NCBI GenBank assembly: GCA_004431415.1
Contig: QPMI01000084.1
Coordinates: 62,001-126,000 of the forward strand
Source of the DNA: Cyanophora paradoxa CCMP329
Taxonomy: Eukaryota; Plantae; Glaucophyta
Length of the DNA stretch: 64,000 nt
Direction of reading: 5' to 3'
Shown here: positions 1 to 11,500 of the stretch, one piece after another
Layout of the letters: each line of letters starts with the position of its first letter
How positions within the stretch are numbered: the stretch's first letter is position 1
Program-made: the position numbers and the translations under genes
The notes under the pieces: generated by a model
What the model was told of the DNA's origin: nothing
Databases searched by the model: none
Seen by the model: only the letters and a program-made list of their open reading frames with translations

Positions 1-1
1 T

Positions 2-1630
2 TTGCTCGATCATCAGTTTAATCTCGGGCAATCTAACACTGATGCTGTTAAGAAATGGCTCAATGTGTATGCCTATGATGGGTGGTTTGATGACTTGCAC
101 ACGACTAACCTTTATAGCACGACCTCAAAAACAAGTAACATAATCTTGCCTTTCAATCACTCAGTCCGACCTAATCAGATTCTTACCAATGATAATGCAC
201 TGATCAGCTACACCGACTATAATAGTAACCTTTCCCGCTCGGTTTCGCAAACTGAGACCTACACTGTCGAGGGATACCCTCAGCAGCTCGCAAATGGGGT
301 CTATGTCGCTTACGTAGGCAAACCTACATATACATTCACTTGGGATCAGTTGGGTGTCACAGGTTTCGAGACGAATATACCCACTGTTTCATTGGTGGAT
401 CACACTACTTATTATAATCCTATCTATAACAATAATGAATCTAATAAAGCATTTATCCAAAATGTCACCTCCACAGGGTTTCAGGTTTCGTTTGTCATTA
501 ACGAGACATACAATTTACTTATCATCCGAAACAACTCATTGAGTTCCGAAGCTACTATTAGTTTCACTCTTAACATCAATTATATCACCCTGAATTCGAT
601 AGCAAACCAGAGTGAAGGTTTACCGAGATTTACAAGGTAGCAATATCGTGCCCTTCTCACAGAATTTCGATCTTGGGGCGAATTCTTTGAGGTGGAACAC
701 AGTTTATACTTTGAATGCAAACACCTGTAATATTGTGGTCGCAGGGTCATCGGCTACTATTGGAGATCTGACCGCCCTTTCAAAAAGGAGTATCTTAAAG
801 AGCTGTATATTACAAAGTCTGATTTACCAGATGCTATTTCGTTGGTGCTCTCCCGACTCCCAGTATATCCTATCACAATGTGAAAGACACCAGTAATGTA
901 GTGCAGAGGGAAGCAAAGTATTCCAGGCATCCGAGATATCAGCAACAACATATAGATACCTTGCAGCGGTTCCAGCGAATTTTAATTTCACATTTGAGAC
1001 ACCATTTGTTTCCCTCCTACTATTGAAATAACTGACACGAATTTGTATGTGATCAATAATGGGTCGACCACCTCTATTAACAATGCACCAGCCGGCTACT
1101 CCCCATTTGTTGCAACTAACATAACAACCACCGGCTTCACACTTGTCGGAAATGCAACAGTGACATATGCTCTTACAGCATATCCTGTTGGGTTGTATTT
1201 TGCGAAATTTAATCTTTCAGCGATCCCACCTGTGTCCCTTTCTCCTCCCTTTACTATCAATTGGAAGGCAACAGGAACTATTCCGCGATTTGACCCCGAA
1301 GACCGCTTGAAAATAAGGTATCCTCTCGATGTGACCGACCTCCATACTACGAGAATAAATGGGCAGAATTTCGTATTTAATGGAACCAATGCGACTCTGA
1401 TCAATAACAGTGTCACAAATAATTACTTTTTCGATTCTCGATATATTAATACTTGCAATATTGTCATACAAAACACGTTTGAAAATCGCAGTAAGACCTT
1501 AACAGTCACCTTGCCCACTCACTCGAATGTCTCAGATGGATTTCACTATTACCTGTTCAATCGCAATTACACCTCTTATATTCCATATCCTTCTGAGACT
1601 GTGGATATGAGCTATCCAGAGTCACCCTAA
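2..1630 (+). pseudogene. Frameshifted viral fibre/spike-like gene(s)
   Basis: ORFs 2-640, 612-896 and 1043-1630 read as one N/T/S-rich beta-type protein across frameshifts. Motifs include DLGANSLRWNTVY, SDRPFKKEYLKELY (another frame, ~767-810), repeated NTCNI, and two H-type-lectin-like N(V/I)TxTGF...I(N)Y/WxA segments. Confidence 0.55.
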
Positions 1631-1668
1631 CATCGACCAATGCTGACTTCTTTGGATCCACGGACTTT

Positions 1669-2581
1669 ATGACCTTCTTTGCTTTCACATCCTCTACTGA
1701 TGGGCTCTTAGTTTATTACACTTTCAGGTATGATGCTGTTTGGACTCAGCTTGACAGCCACCCAAATACAGATGTAATCGAAGTGGGCGATAAGAAATAT
1801 ATTAAAACCGCTTCCCCATGGGTGTGCACTGTCCGGCTCGATGATAGATACACTCCCAACCTAAATAGCATCGGAATGCACTCGACTTGCAATATTTATG
1901 TGCAAGGTGCAATTTCGGCTACCAAATATTTCGAGGGTGGGAACTGTGATGCAGCCCATAGGTTGCTATCGAGAAATGGGCTCTTTGAGTCATTTAGTGG
2001 GACAGCTCTACCGCCATTTATCAGGGACACAGTCTATGATACTACATGCAATATTTGGGTGTGCCGATCTGTGAGCAATCCACCTGTGACAAAGGAATTA
2101 TATAAATATCTCTCAGATACCTATGGTGCAATTACAGGGTCTTCAACAGGAAATCCAGCAACGGCTCCCATCGTGTTTGCGAATGCATACACAGCGCCGA
2201 CATCATTAGCAGGGTCGACAGAACCGCCACCAAACGATCCCAATCCAAACACACCTAAGCCAGATCCCGATTCAAAAGATCCCCTACAACTGATCCAGAT
2301 CCGAACACGACACCTAATAATCCTCAAATCCTACAAATCCAGTCGGATCGCCAGGAATGGATCCAGGAACGTTAGTGCTTCTCATTCTCTTGCCGATTCT
2401 CGGTGCTCTTGGACTTGTGCTTGCATACAAATTCCGAGCTCTATGTTGTGCTTGCATAGACAGAACCATTGCAGGAGCAGGTAATAAATACTCAACACCA
2501 GAGCTTAATGTGACCCAAACAGCCGAAGGAGATGTGGGGTTAGAGGTGAGGTCAGCCGAGGGCATGGTCTTAGTGTTGTGA
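1669..2581 (+). pseudogene. Frameshifted viral membrane-anchored protein: ectodomain with TCNI motifs, Pro/Asp/Asn stalk, one TM helix, Cys cluster
   Basis: ORF 1669-2484 runs to PPPNDPNPNTPKPDPDSKDP. Other frames continue the Pro-rich stalk into ORF 2357-2581 (LVLLILLPILGALGLVLAY-KFR-ALCCAC). Confidence 0.5.
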
Positions 2582-2762
2582 GAACTGATCAACCACCAGC
2601 AAGTAGGGCAGCACCCAAAAAATCACGAGCAGAACGAATGGCTGAATCAATAATGAATGAAAATGCAGACTTTATGGCGGAAATTGCACAACGAGAGGGC
2701 AGAACATACGAGCTTCTCCCAATGCGACCTTAATTTTTGTAGAATGCCATAATAGAGAAATA

Positions 2763-4226
2763 ATGACGGAACCCATAGTAGAAACGACAGTAAAGAATGC
2801 TGTATTGGATAATCAATTTTATATAACCCATGCCAATATACCCAGTGAATCCAATGACCTAATTGTTAATCTAAAAGGCTATGTGATGGGAGCTATGGCT
2901 TCTAACCTATGGAATGACATTTTCGGTTACGAGTTTGGTCACATCTATGACATTGCAAATGGGATTGGCTATGTGGATGCAATGGCAGGCACAGCTTTTC
3001 GCAATTTAAATTGCAACTGTGTGGGTGGGTGGATGTTTCAGATCTGTTCAAATGTCGATCCTACTATTGATCCCGCCACGATTACTTTTGATTGCAATCT
3101 GTATGCCCCCAAAACCATTTTTTCTATCACTTGCAATCTCGTTAATTCGGATGTGCCCATAGTAGCACCTGTAATAGGTGCATCAAATATGTATATCCAA
3201 AGAAATCCGGTCGTGCATACAGGCGCCGAATTTATATTAGGCGACAACACCCCAATTAGTCGACTCGAATTGCCCACGAATTTCACCTTTAATCTCGTGG
3301 ATGAGTTCCCTAACAGTCAAAGTCTTATGTATTTCACCTCTGAAAATCGCCTTTCGGGTGCATTCTCACCCATTGAGCTGTCTATACCGAAACAAAAGGT
3401 GAGCTATAAAGAGCTTACAGATGTGCCGGCGGGATTTAGTGGGAAGTGGAGTGATATCATTCAGAAGCCGACTTGGAGTAGTGTAGCATACACAGGAAAT
3501 TACTATGATTTAGTAGGAACTCCCGATTTCACAAGCTATATACCTCGTTGGATTGATCAAGGTGTAATTATATCAGAATCTACACTTCCTTTCAATGGGA
3601 CATGGGATAGGTTATTTACTAAGCCGAATTTGCATGCTGTTGCCACAAGTGGTGACTACAACGATTTAACTAACACCCCCACTGCACCGACCTTGCATGC
3701 TGTGGCTACAAGTGGGAGCTATACAGATTTAGTTAATACACCTAACCTCCACGCTGTGGCTACAAGTGGAAATTATGATGATCTGATTAACACACCTACT
3801 TCGCCACCCACTCACAATCACAGCATAGAGTTGCTCACGAATTTCGGTAGTTATGTGAATCCAAATGCATATGTGCAACAAGGGACAGCGAATGTAGTTT
3901 TGGAAAATAGAATATACAATGCAGGAGAGACCTTTCAGTTATCGGGAACGGTCGTATTCTCTACCCCATTTTATAGTGATGCAGTGATTACTACCTCTAT
4001 CGAGAATAGCTACAACTCTGTAAATTGGGAAATGACCAACTGTGTGTATATCGGACCTGAGTATGTTAATAATGAGAGAGTAGGACTAAAAACTAAGTTT
4101 ACATGGATCGTTAGATTCACAGCTTTCGCATCGACTAATTTCACAAATGTCACAGCAGCAAATCGCACCCTTAAACTCCATTGGATTGCTGTCGGACCTC
4201 TCCAAAACAATAATATTCTCACATAA
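2763..4226 (+). CDS. Viral tail-fibre-like structural protein
   Basis: Intact 487-aa ORF with three LHAVATSG(D/S/N)YxDLxNTP repeats plus degenerate copies, a repeat type typical of phage/giant-virus fibres. C-terminus LHWIAVG resembles an H-type-lectin/gp53-like end. Confidence 0.7.
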   Translation: MTEPIVETTVKNAVLDNQFYITHANIPSESNDLIVNLKGYVMGAMASNLWNDIFGYEFGHIYDIANGIGYVDAMAGTAFRNLNCNCVGGWMFQICSNVDPTIDPATITFDCNLYAPKTIFSITCNLVNSDVPIVAPVIGASNMYIQRNPVVHTGAEFILGDNTPISRLELPTNFTFNLVDEFPNSQSLMYFTSENRLSGAFSPIELSIPKQKVSYKELTDVPAGFSGKWSDIIQKPTWSSVAYTGNYYDLVGTPDFTSYIPRWIDQGVIISESTLPFNGTWDRLFTKPNLHAVATSGDYNDLTNTPTAPTLHAVATSGSYTDLVNTPNLHAVATSGNYDDLINTPTSPPTHNHSIELLTNFGSYVNPNAYVQQGTANVVLENRIYNAGETFQLSGTVVFSTPFYSDAVITTSIENSYNSVNWEMTNCVYIGPEYVNNERVGLKTKFTWIVRFTAFASTNFTNVTAANRTLKLHWIAVGPLQNNNILT

Positions 4227-4247
4227 TAAGTAAAGAACAATCAAAAG

Positions 4248-5249
4248 ATGTCGACTGTATTCACACCTGTGTTTTCCTTATCAGCCAGTGCTGTCCATAA
4301 TGTGCAACACACAGTCTATGATTTATCTCCGAGCCACCCTTCGACTGAGACAGCGAAAACCGATTCTTTTAATGACCAAAGCATACTCAGAGTCAAAGAA
4401 CTCAGAGCTGACAAGATTGATGGACTCGTTAAAGCTACTCAAATAATCGTATCTAATCGACCCGCAATCTCTTCGGGGCTGGTCACCAAAGAAAATCTAT
4501 ATGAAGGTCAACAGGATTCCAAAACGGCTTTTAATCCGGCTGATAGGAATTCGGCGGCTTTTCAAGTTTACAGTGGTGGGGCATGGATTGGGACTGGCTT
4601 AGGGGTTAATGGGAGTGCAACAATTACTGGAAGCCTTACAGCTGGATCATTTGGGACAGTTAAAACGACGACTATTGATTCTGGGGCGAACACAGAATTA
4701 GTAATTAAGCGAAACAATGAGAATATCGCTTCCACATTTGTAAACAGCTTCACCAATTCAACAAGTGGGGCAGTTGCTGGAACTTACAGCTGGAAAGGTC
4801 TTACAGTCAATGGGACAAACTCTTATCTTGGGACTCCAAACCATCCTCGATTTTGCTATGGATTAAATACAACAGTAACATCAGCTGCAATTATCAACGC
4901 ATGGGGGCATATCATTTTAGGATCAACATCATTTTCGAATGGAGTATTCACAGCACCCATAGGAGGACATTACAGGTTCGTTTTCACAGCAATGACATCA
5001 AGATATGATACAGGAAACACACATGTTATTTTACAAGTAAATGGTGCAGATACAGCAGTGAATGCATTAGTAGGTGTTGTAACTAATGCAGATGAATATA
5101 GAAGATATCGCTGTCTCGGTTTCAACACTATTCAATCACTTAGTGCAGGTGATAGTGTGCGACTCAGATTAGCATTGGGTAGTCAGCTTTATGGTGATGC
5201 AAGCACTGCATTTTGTCAATGGTCAGGTGAATTAATTTCGGCAATATAA
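4248..5249 (+). CDS. Viral fibre protein with C-terminal C1q/TNF-like head
   Basis: 333 aa. Shaft-like VYSGGAWIGTGLGVNGSATITGSL, then the C1q signature FSNGVFTAPIGGHYRF...LSAGDSVRL...WSGELI. Confidence 0.75.
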   Translation: MSTVFTPVFSLSASAVHNVQHTVYDLSPSHPSTETAKTDSFNDQSILRVKELRADKIDGLVKATQIIVSNRPAISSGLVTKENLYEGQQDSKTAFNPADRNSAAFQVYSGGAWIGTGLGVNGSATITGSLTAGSFGTVKTTTIDSGANTELVIKRNNENIASTFVNSFTNSTSGAVAGTYSWKGLTVNGTNSYLGTPNHPRFCYGLNTTVTSAAIINAWGHIILGSTSFSNGVFTAPIGGHYRFVFTAMTSRYDTGNTHVILQVNGADTAVNALVGVVTNADEYRRYRCLGFNTIQSLSAGDSVRLRLALGSQLYGDASTAFCQWSGELISAI

Positions 5250-5257
5250 GTAAAAGA

Positions 5258-5521
5258 ATGTCGAACATCTACCAAGTGGTTCTAACTGATACTGAGAAAC
5301 TGGGAATGGAATACTGTGCCTACTCTGTTCAGGATTGGATCGATAATGCGGCTCATAATAGGGCGAGAATCGCGATTGATGAGATTGTGGACAAAGAAGT
5401 TAAATCGTGTATTGCCGCTGGAATTCCGATTCCACTCACAAAGGAAGCGATTGTAGAGCAAGCGTTTGCAAGGGGGACTGTTCGAAAGGCAAGCGAAATT
5501 CCTGTGAGTGCTTCTATGTAA
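5258..5521 (+). CDS. Small phage-type protein of the kind found immediately downstream of C1q-tipped fibres in cyanophages/marine phages (putative fibre partner)
   Basis: 87 aa with the LTDTE...SVQDWIDNAAHNRARIAIDEI...EQAF pattern, recognised from memory of phage proteins. Starts 8 bp after the C1q gene stop. Confidence 0.6.
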   Translation: MSNIYQVVLTDTEKLGMEYCAYSVQDWIDNAAHNRARIAIDEIVDKEVKSCIAAGIPIPLTKEAIVEQAFARGTVRKASEIPVSASM

Positions 5522-5719
5522 AGAATTCGAAGAATGAGAGAGGCGCAGCCAAGGCAGCTTGTCTGACGACTGGGTTAATTGTTATTTTTCATAGATCATG
5601 CATAAGAAAGGCATGTATCTTGCATAGTGGGCGGGGCGCACTTATCCCCTTCGTATCCACTTCGTATCCACTTCATATCCACTTTGTGTTCACTAAATTA
5701 TATCGCACTGATTCAGTTT

Positions 5720-6745
5720 GCATTTTGCCCCCACCCTACACCCCACCCTATACTACAATCTCGTTATTTCTATACATATTTACTATCTAATTTAATAGAG
5801 TTTATACATTGAAATAAGTGAGGTGTATCGATAAGTAATACAGGGTGGGAGGGTGGGGTTGGGTGGGGTCTTTTTTGCCCAAAAATATTTGACCCCCAAA
5901 ATTTAAGGGATTCAAAAAAATGCCCCACCTCACCCCACTTACCCCACCCTATCGAAGTCCGCACGATATCATAGTAGGCTACATCGGGATTGCGATCATA
6001 TCACAGTGTATACAGTGAGGGTGGTGCCCCACTTTCTCACCCCACCCTATCGATTCGCGATTCAGGGATCGCGAAATATACAGCACATGATACTTGTTTT
6101 TCTTAGTGATCGCGCCGTTCTAATACGATCTGAATATATCATATCTCGTCGGTATCACGTCGGTTCAATATCGTAATTATTAAATGGTTGGCTGATACCA
6201 CTTTCACACCCCACCCTCACACCCCACCCGGTATTAATTTAACATACATAATCTCTATACTTTATACATTAATTACATTGAAATCAATCATAAATATAAT
6301 AAAAGATACAGGGTGGGGTAAGTGGGGTTGGGTGGGGTCTTTTTTGACCAAGAATTTTTGAGGGGAATTATTTTAGGGAATTCAAAAAAATGCCCCACCT
6401 CACCCCACCCGCCCACCCTATCGAAGTTATCGAAGTCCGATAAGTATCAAACCGGAAGTAAAAATAACACATCATGATTTTATGTGTGCCATCTTAGATT
6501 GGACTACCATACCGATACCACTCACACCCACCCTCACACCCCACCCAGTATTAATTTAACATACTCAATCATACATATTTATATTTAAATTACATTGAAA
6601 TCAATCATAGATAAAGAGAATAATACAGGGTGGGGTAAGTGGGGTTGGGTGGGTCTTTTTTGACCAAGAATTTTTGGGAGTGAAACATTTTAGGGAATTC
6701 AAAAAAATGCCCCACCTCACCCCACCCGCCCCACCCTATCGAAGC
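5720..6745. repeat. Three ~230-bp palindromic blocks (CCCCACCC x2 / AT-rich / GGGTGGGG x3 / T6...A7 / CCCCACC x3 / TATCGAAG) separated by unique spacers
   Basis: Blocks at ~5727-5958, ~6200-6428 and ~6515-6745 share near-identical motifs. The right half of each block is a ~120-nt inverted repeat. Confidence 0.9.
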
Positions 6746-8522
6746 TACGTAGGTGATACACATGACTATATGAGGCGCGTCCCAAGCAGCACATTGTAGT
6801 TGTTTTAGATACACATCGCGCATCGTAAACACATATCGGCTATATCGCGATTACATATTATATATACATATTTTACAAAGATTCCACGATACTTATATTA
6901 TTTTTATTGATTCATTTACGAACTACCGATAGAATACATATCACATATCGATATACACTATGATAAAAATGCTAATATCTTTATATAACTTATAGTAACA
7001 CACATATAAAAACAAATATTATTATCCTGAGCGGAACGCGAGGGATAATAATATTTGTTTTTATATGTGTTATGTATACGAGGGACTGAGCTCACTTGTA
7101 CATCTCTCTTTATATATATATATAGGCTATATTGCAAGGGGGGGTCAGCTGCTCAAACCCCCCTTGCTACCCGTCGGATTGTCTGTCACGCTGTCCAAGT
7201 CGGCCAGTTCGCAAGTCGGTCTTTTTTTCGTCGGCGATAAGTCTTTTTGTGGTACCCCGCTGTGGATAAGGCCGGCGCCGCTGGACGTCTCTTTTTGCTG
7301 TATCCCGTGCAAGGCTCCTTCAGCCTCCTTGCCGGCTCGAGCTCGCTCCTTAGGCCTAGGATTGCAGCAACAACGCGATGCCGCCTCCACGTGCACAACG
7401 CAGCAACCGCGATGTCTGCCAGCTGCAGCCTGCATGCCAGGCTGCACTGCGGCAGCCTGCACGTGCACTGATCATGATCAGCGGCTTGCAGCGCGCAGCT
7501 AAGCATTATCACGCCGCCGCCCGCCGTGCCTCCGATCCGGTCCGGCCGGGGCGTCGCGCTGCGCGCGCGCTCCGATCCGCTCTGCCGGCGCGCGAGCCGC
7601 GCGCGCCACCGCCCTCGAGCTCCCGTGTCCGACGGTCCCCGCGCCTGGCCATGGCCCGCACTTGTACATGTCGCCCGGCCCTCTGCTGCTCCGAGGCTCG
7701 GCTAACCCGGGCGCGGCACGCGTGAGTGCGCGCGCAGCGGCCAGCTGCACGCGCGATGCGCGCGAGGCCGGCGCCACGCATATGACCGTCGGACGGGCGG
7801 GGCGGGCCGCGTGGCTCGCCAGGCGGGACGGAGCCTCGGAGGCGCGATGCGCGCGCGGCAGCTCAGCTCATGATCAGCCGGCGGAGCCGGGTGGACCCGG
7901 GAGGCGCCGCAGCGCGGCAGGCGGCGGCGCGGCTCGGGTGCAGGGGCGGGTGCACGTGGGGCGGGTCGACGTCGACGTCGGGGCGTGGCGCACGGCGGGG
8001 CGCAGCGGCTCGGCGGCGGGGCGGGCCCGGGGGCGCGGTGGGCAGCGGCGCGGCTCGCTGCGCCGCGCACGGCGCGGGGCGGAGGCGCGGCGACTCCGCT
8101 CGCCGCGGCGGGCGGCGGCGCAGCTCTCCGGGCACCGGCGCGCGGGGCGGAGTTGCGGCCCGGCGCCCGGCGGCCAGGCCGCGGGCACGGTGGGCCGCCG
8201 GGCGGCCGCCAGGCGGCGCTGCGCGCAGGCCCAGGCCTACGCCTAGCATTACGTATACACTTAGCCTAGTAGTTGTATAGATAGCCCGCGGCCGCTGAGC
8301 ATTACTTAAATTATACTATATATGATAATTAGTTGTTGTATTCTGTCAGCGCTAACGCCCCTACTTTAGACCCCACCTTGCACCACCTGAGACGAGCGGG
8401 GCGGGAGCGAGTCGAAGATCTAGTATCTAAGTTTACAGAAAATCACACTTAAATGCATTCGCAGTGAAGAATACCAATTGCAATTTCAAATTTCTCATGG
8501 CCAAGCTATAATTTCGCTGCAG

Positions 8523-11500
8523 ACTACGAGGGGGAGAGCTTCTACCTCGCCCTGCAGCGGGACGAGCTCAAGCTCCCGGCCTCCGGCAACATCGATCGCG
8601 AGGAGCGCCGCAAGTTTGTGTACGACTTCCTCGGTCGCCACGGCGGCTACCCGCCCGCCCGCACGCACGAGGTCTGCGCATGCGCCATGCTGCGGCTCTT
8701 TATTACAATATAGATATCAGAATATTCTGCACGATTGATATCGATGATTATAAATTATACCATAATTAATATTAAAATGTTGAAAGTGGTTTCCGTGTTT
8801 TTGTTGCTTGAATCTGACCCGGGCACTTGTGCGTGCGCAGTCTGCGGCGGCTGCCGGCGCCAGAAGCGACCTCGGAGCGAACGCCGATCCAGGGCGCACC
8901 CCAGCCTCTAGCTGGGGCCCAGCTGCAGGTTCGCGTCCGCAGAGGTTGCTTCAACAGATCCGCTTCACGAATCGACATTGCAGCGTTTATGGTTACAATA
9001 ATTAACTAGTATCGATCAGGCGTGGTCGGCTCGACCGCTGCTAAGAGGCGTGGGGGGAAGCCGTCGACCACGGGCTTCACCGGCGTCCACCGGCGCGGGC
9101 CGAACGTGTTCCGCGGGGAATTCAAGTGGCGCGGGCATATGCTCGTCTGCCCTTCCTCCCACGACACCGCGGTCAGTGGCCATGGGCCGGGCCGGCCGCC
9201 GCCGGCTCTAGATCCAGATCTGCGGCATTACTACTAGTATCTGATACTATCATAATTCTTTGAAAACCCATGCTCGTGCATGTGATCAGGAAGCGGCCCG
9301 CATGCAAGACCGGTTCGTTCTCACCTGCCAGTGGCTGGACGAGCACCAGGAGCTGTCCCCGGTCGAGCGCATCCCCGACTCCAAGCTTAACTTCCGCCGC
9401 GATGGTGCAAGCATTTGGATCATTTGGGTCAGTAAATATCGATATCTTTTCGTTTTCACACTCGCACTTTACGCAGAATACGCGCACGACAAATTCTTGG
9501 CGGAACTGCTCAAAGGAAAGCTCGCCGAATACTTGAAGAACAACTCCAGCTTAGAGGACCTCCGCGAGGCCGTTCGGCGATTCCTGACAGATTACGGCGG
9601 CATCCGGAGACTGGAGCGCAAGGCACGGCCCCCGGTGCGCATGCATACCCCTCTGGACCTAGGCCTTGATTCGAGAACTGTCACGATCGATATTATCGTG
9701 AATTTAATCTGACGATCACAATCGTCGTGAGTTTTTCGCCCAAGTTTTGCGTTTTCGCAGCGCGCCTGCGACCTGAGCGACTCGGAGGGGGAGGGCGAGG
9801 GCAAGGGAGCGGGCGCGGACGCCGACGGGCAGCCACAGGAAGAGGACGGCGATGCTGGCGACGAGAAGCACACGCGTACGGCCGCGCCCTCTGCAGCGAG
9901 GGTCCGGAAGGCGTCTGTCGCGTCGACGCGGGTGGGCAAGTCCGGATTTTCCAACGTCATACTGTCCAAGGACGGCTTCTGGCGCGGGAAAATCAAGTGG
10001 CGCCACGAATTCTTCTCGACTGCTTCATCCCTCGATGCGGAGGTCGGATCCGAATGTTTTAGTTATATATAATTCTGATGCATCTTCTTATGGCTATTTA
10101 TATATAACTGTACTCGCAGGATGCCGCCCAGTACCGTGACCGGGCAATTCTCTGCTGCCAGTGGGCCGACGAGCACGAGGGGATTCCCGAGGAGGACCGG
10201 ATCTCTGACGACCAACTGAACTTCGATCGGTCCAGTGCGCCTTCCGATTCCCTGAAAAATTATTCCCGTCTCGAAAAGCGTGCACAGCGTATGAAGAAGA
10301 GCAGTTCTATGTTGATTTGCTGGATAACCAGCTAGAGGACTACATCAAGAGTGCCCCTGACCCGCGCAAGGCGATTCGCAAGTTCCTCGCCGACCGTGGG
10401 GCGTACCAAACTCTTGTGCGCGTGCGCCCACATATCGCCATCGATCTCAAGTAGACCGCGGCTGCTTAAGTTCTATAATCGAGTAGACAGCGGCTCGAGC
10501 TCCTTATGATGAAGTTTTATGATTATACAAGCTTCCCATGTGGCTGTAATCGGCTTTAATTTCTCAGGCGCCACTGCAGTTCAAGAAGCATGTCGACGTC
10601 GACGCCATGAATTCGAAGAACGAGGATGGCGAGGCGGACAGTGAGCTCGAGGAGGGCGCCGGCGCCGATCGCGAGGGCGAGGGCGAGGAAGAGGAAGACG
10701 AGGATGCCCCAGCACCTGGTGCTGGCGATGGAACCGGTGAGCCTTCAGAATCTCTCTCGCTATCGATTGTAACTGCGCACGCGCTCGTAGCCTCCAGTTC
10801 GCGATCGGCGGACCGCGTCTACCAAGGGGTCCGGCGCACCAAGCCGGGGTTCCCCGGCTACTTTATGTGGCGGGGCAAGCATTTCGCCACGCCCGCCGTC
10901 TCCGCCTCTGCTGAGGTGCGAATGCAGCCTGCGGCTCCTGATCGTGCAAATGTTAATTCTCAATCGTGCAATCATAATTAGTGTTCACTCCGTTGGGCCG
11001 CGCCATTGATATTGCGAATTGGGCGAGCAGGAAGCCGCTCGGCTCCGCGACTGCTACATGGTCGTGTGTCAGTTTCTCGATAAGACGCAGAATATCGTGC
11101 CGGCGCTGTCGGGCAAGTCTATGAACTTCCCGAGAAGCGGTACGATTTCATTGCCTCCGTTTGTGTCTAAAACTAATGAAATCTGGAGGAGCGTGCACCT
11201 ATATGAATTTCAAGATCACGTTCCTTGTTATTTAAATTTCTCTTCACATGCGAGCAGACTACGAGAACGAGCCATTCTTCCAGGAGCTGCAGCGCGGGAA
11301 TTCGAGGCTGCAAGTGCCCGAGGGCGCGGATACGTATGCAATCATCCGAGCCGTCCGCGAGTTTCTCGCCGAGATGGGCGTGGCGCCGAAGGCGCGCGCG
11401 CGCGCCTCGCCCAGTCCTTCTAACGCTTCGATTCGTCGTTTAATTAATTAGCCGACATGACGCAGCCGGGGCCGATCAAACGCCGGCCTGTGCGCCACGG

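Larger units (their letters stand above)
1..7109 (+). mobile_element. Right end of an endogenous dsDNA virus-like element (Polinton-like virus / virophage / NCLDV-type insert)
   Basis: AT-rich block contrasting sharply with the GC-rich host after ~7130. Intronless, closely packed, co-oriented ORFs with virion-fibre motifs, then a repeat/palindrome-rich non-coding end finishing in TCTCTCT (7103-7109), reminiscent of Polinton (CT)n ends. No capsid, pPolB, ATPase or integrase in the window, so the class and exact end are inferred. Confidence 0.6.

Noticed and set aside
4850-5249. Diversity-generating retroelement target in the C1q tip
   Set aside because: No template repeat or reverse transcriptase in the window.
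5641-5685. DnaA boxes / bacterial origin
   Set aside because: Only a partial match to TTATCCACA, and the context is eukaryotic/viral.
5720-6745. CRISPR interpretation of the viral repeat-spacer blocks
   Set aside because: Repeats are ~230 bp, spacers are unequal, there are only three units, and no associated nuclease.
7378-8280. Arg/Ala/Gly-rich ORFs on both strands
   Set aside because: Stop-poor GC-rich DNA with no domain or exon structure.
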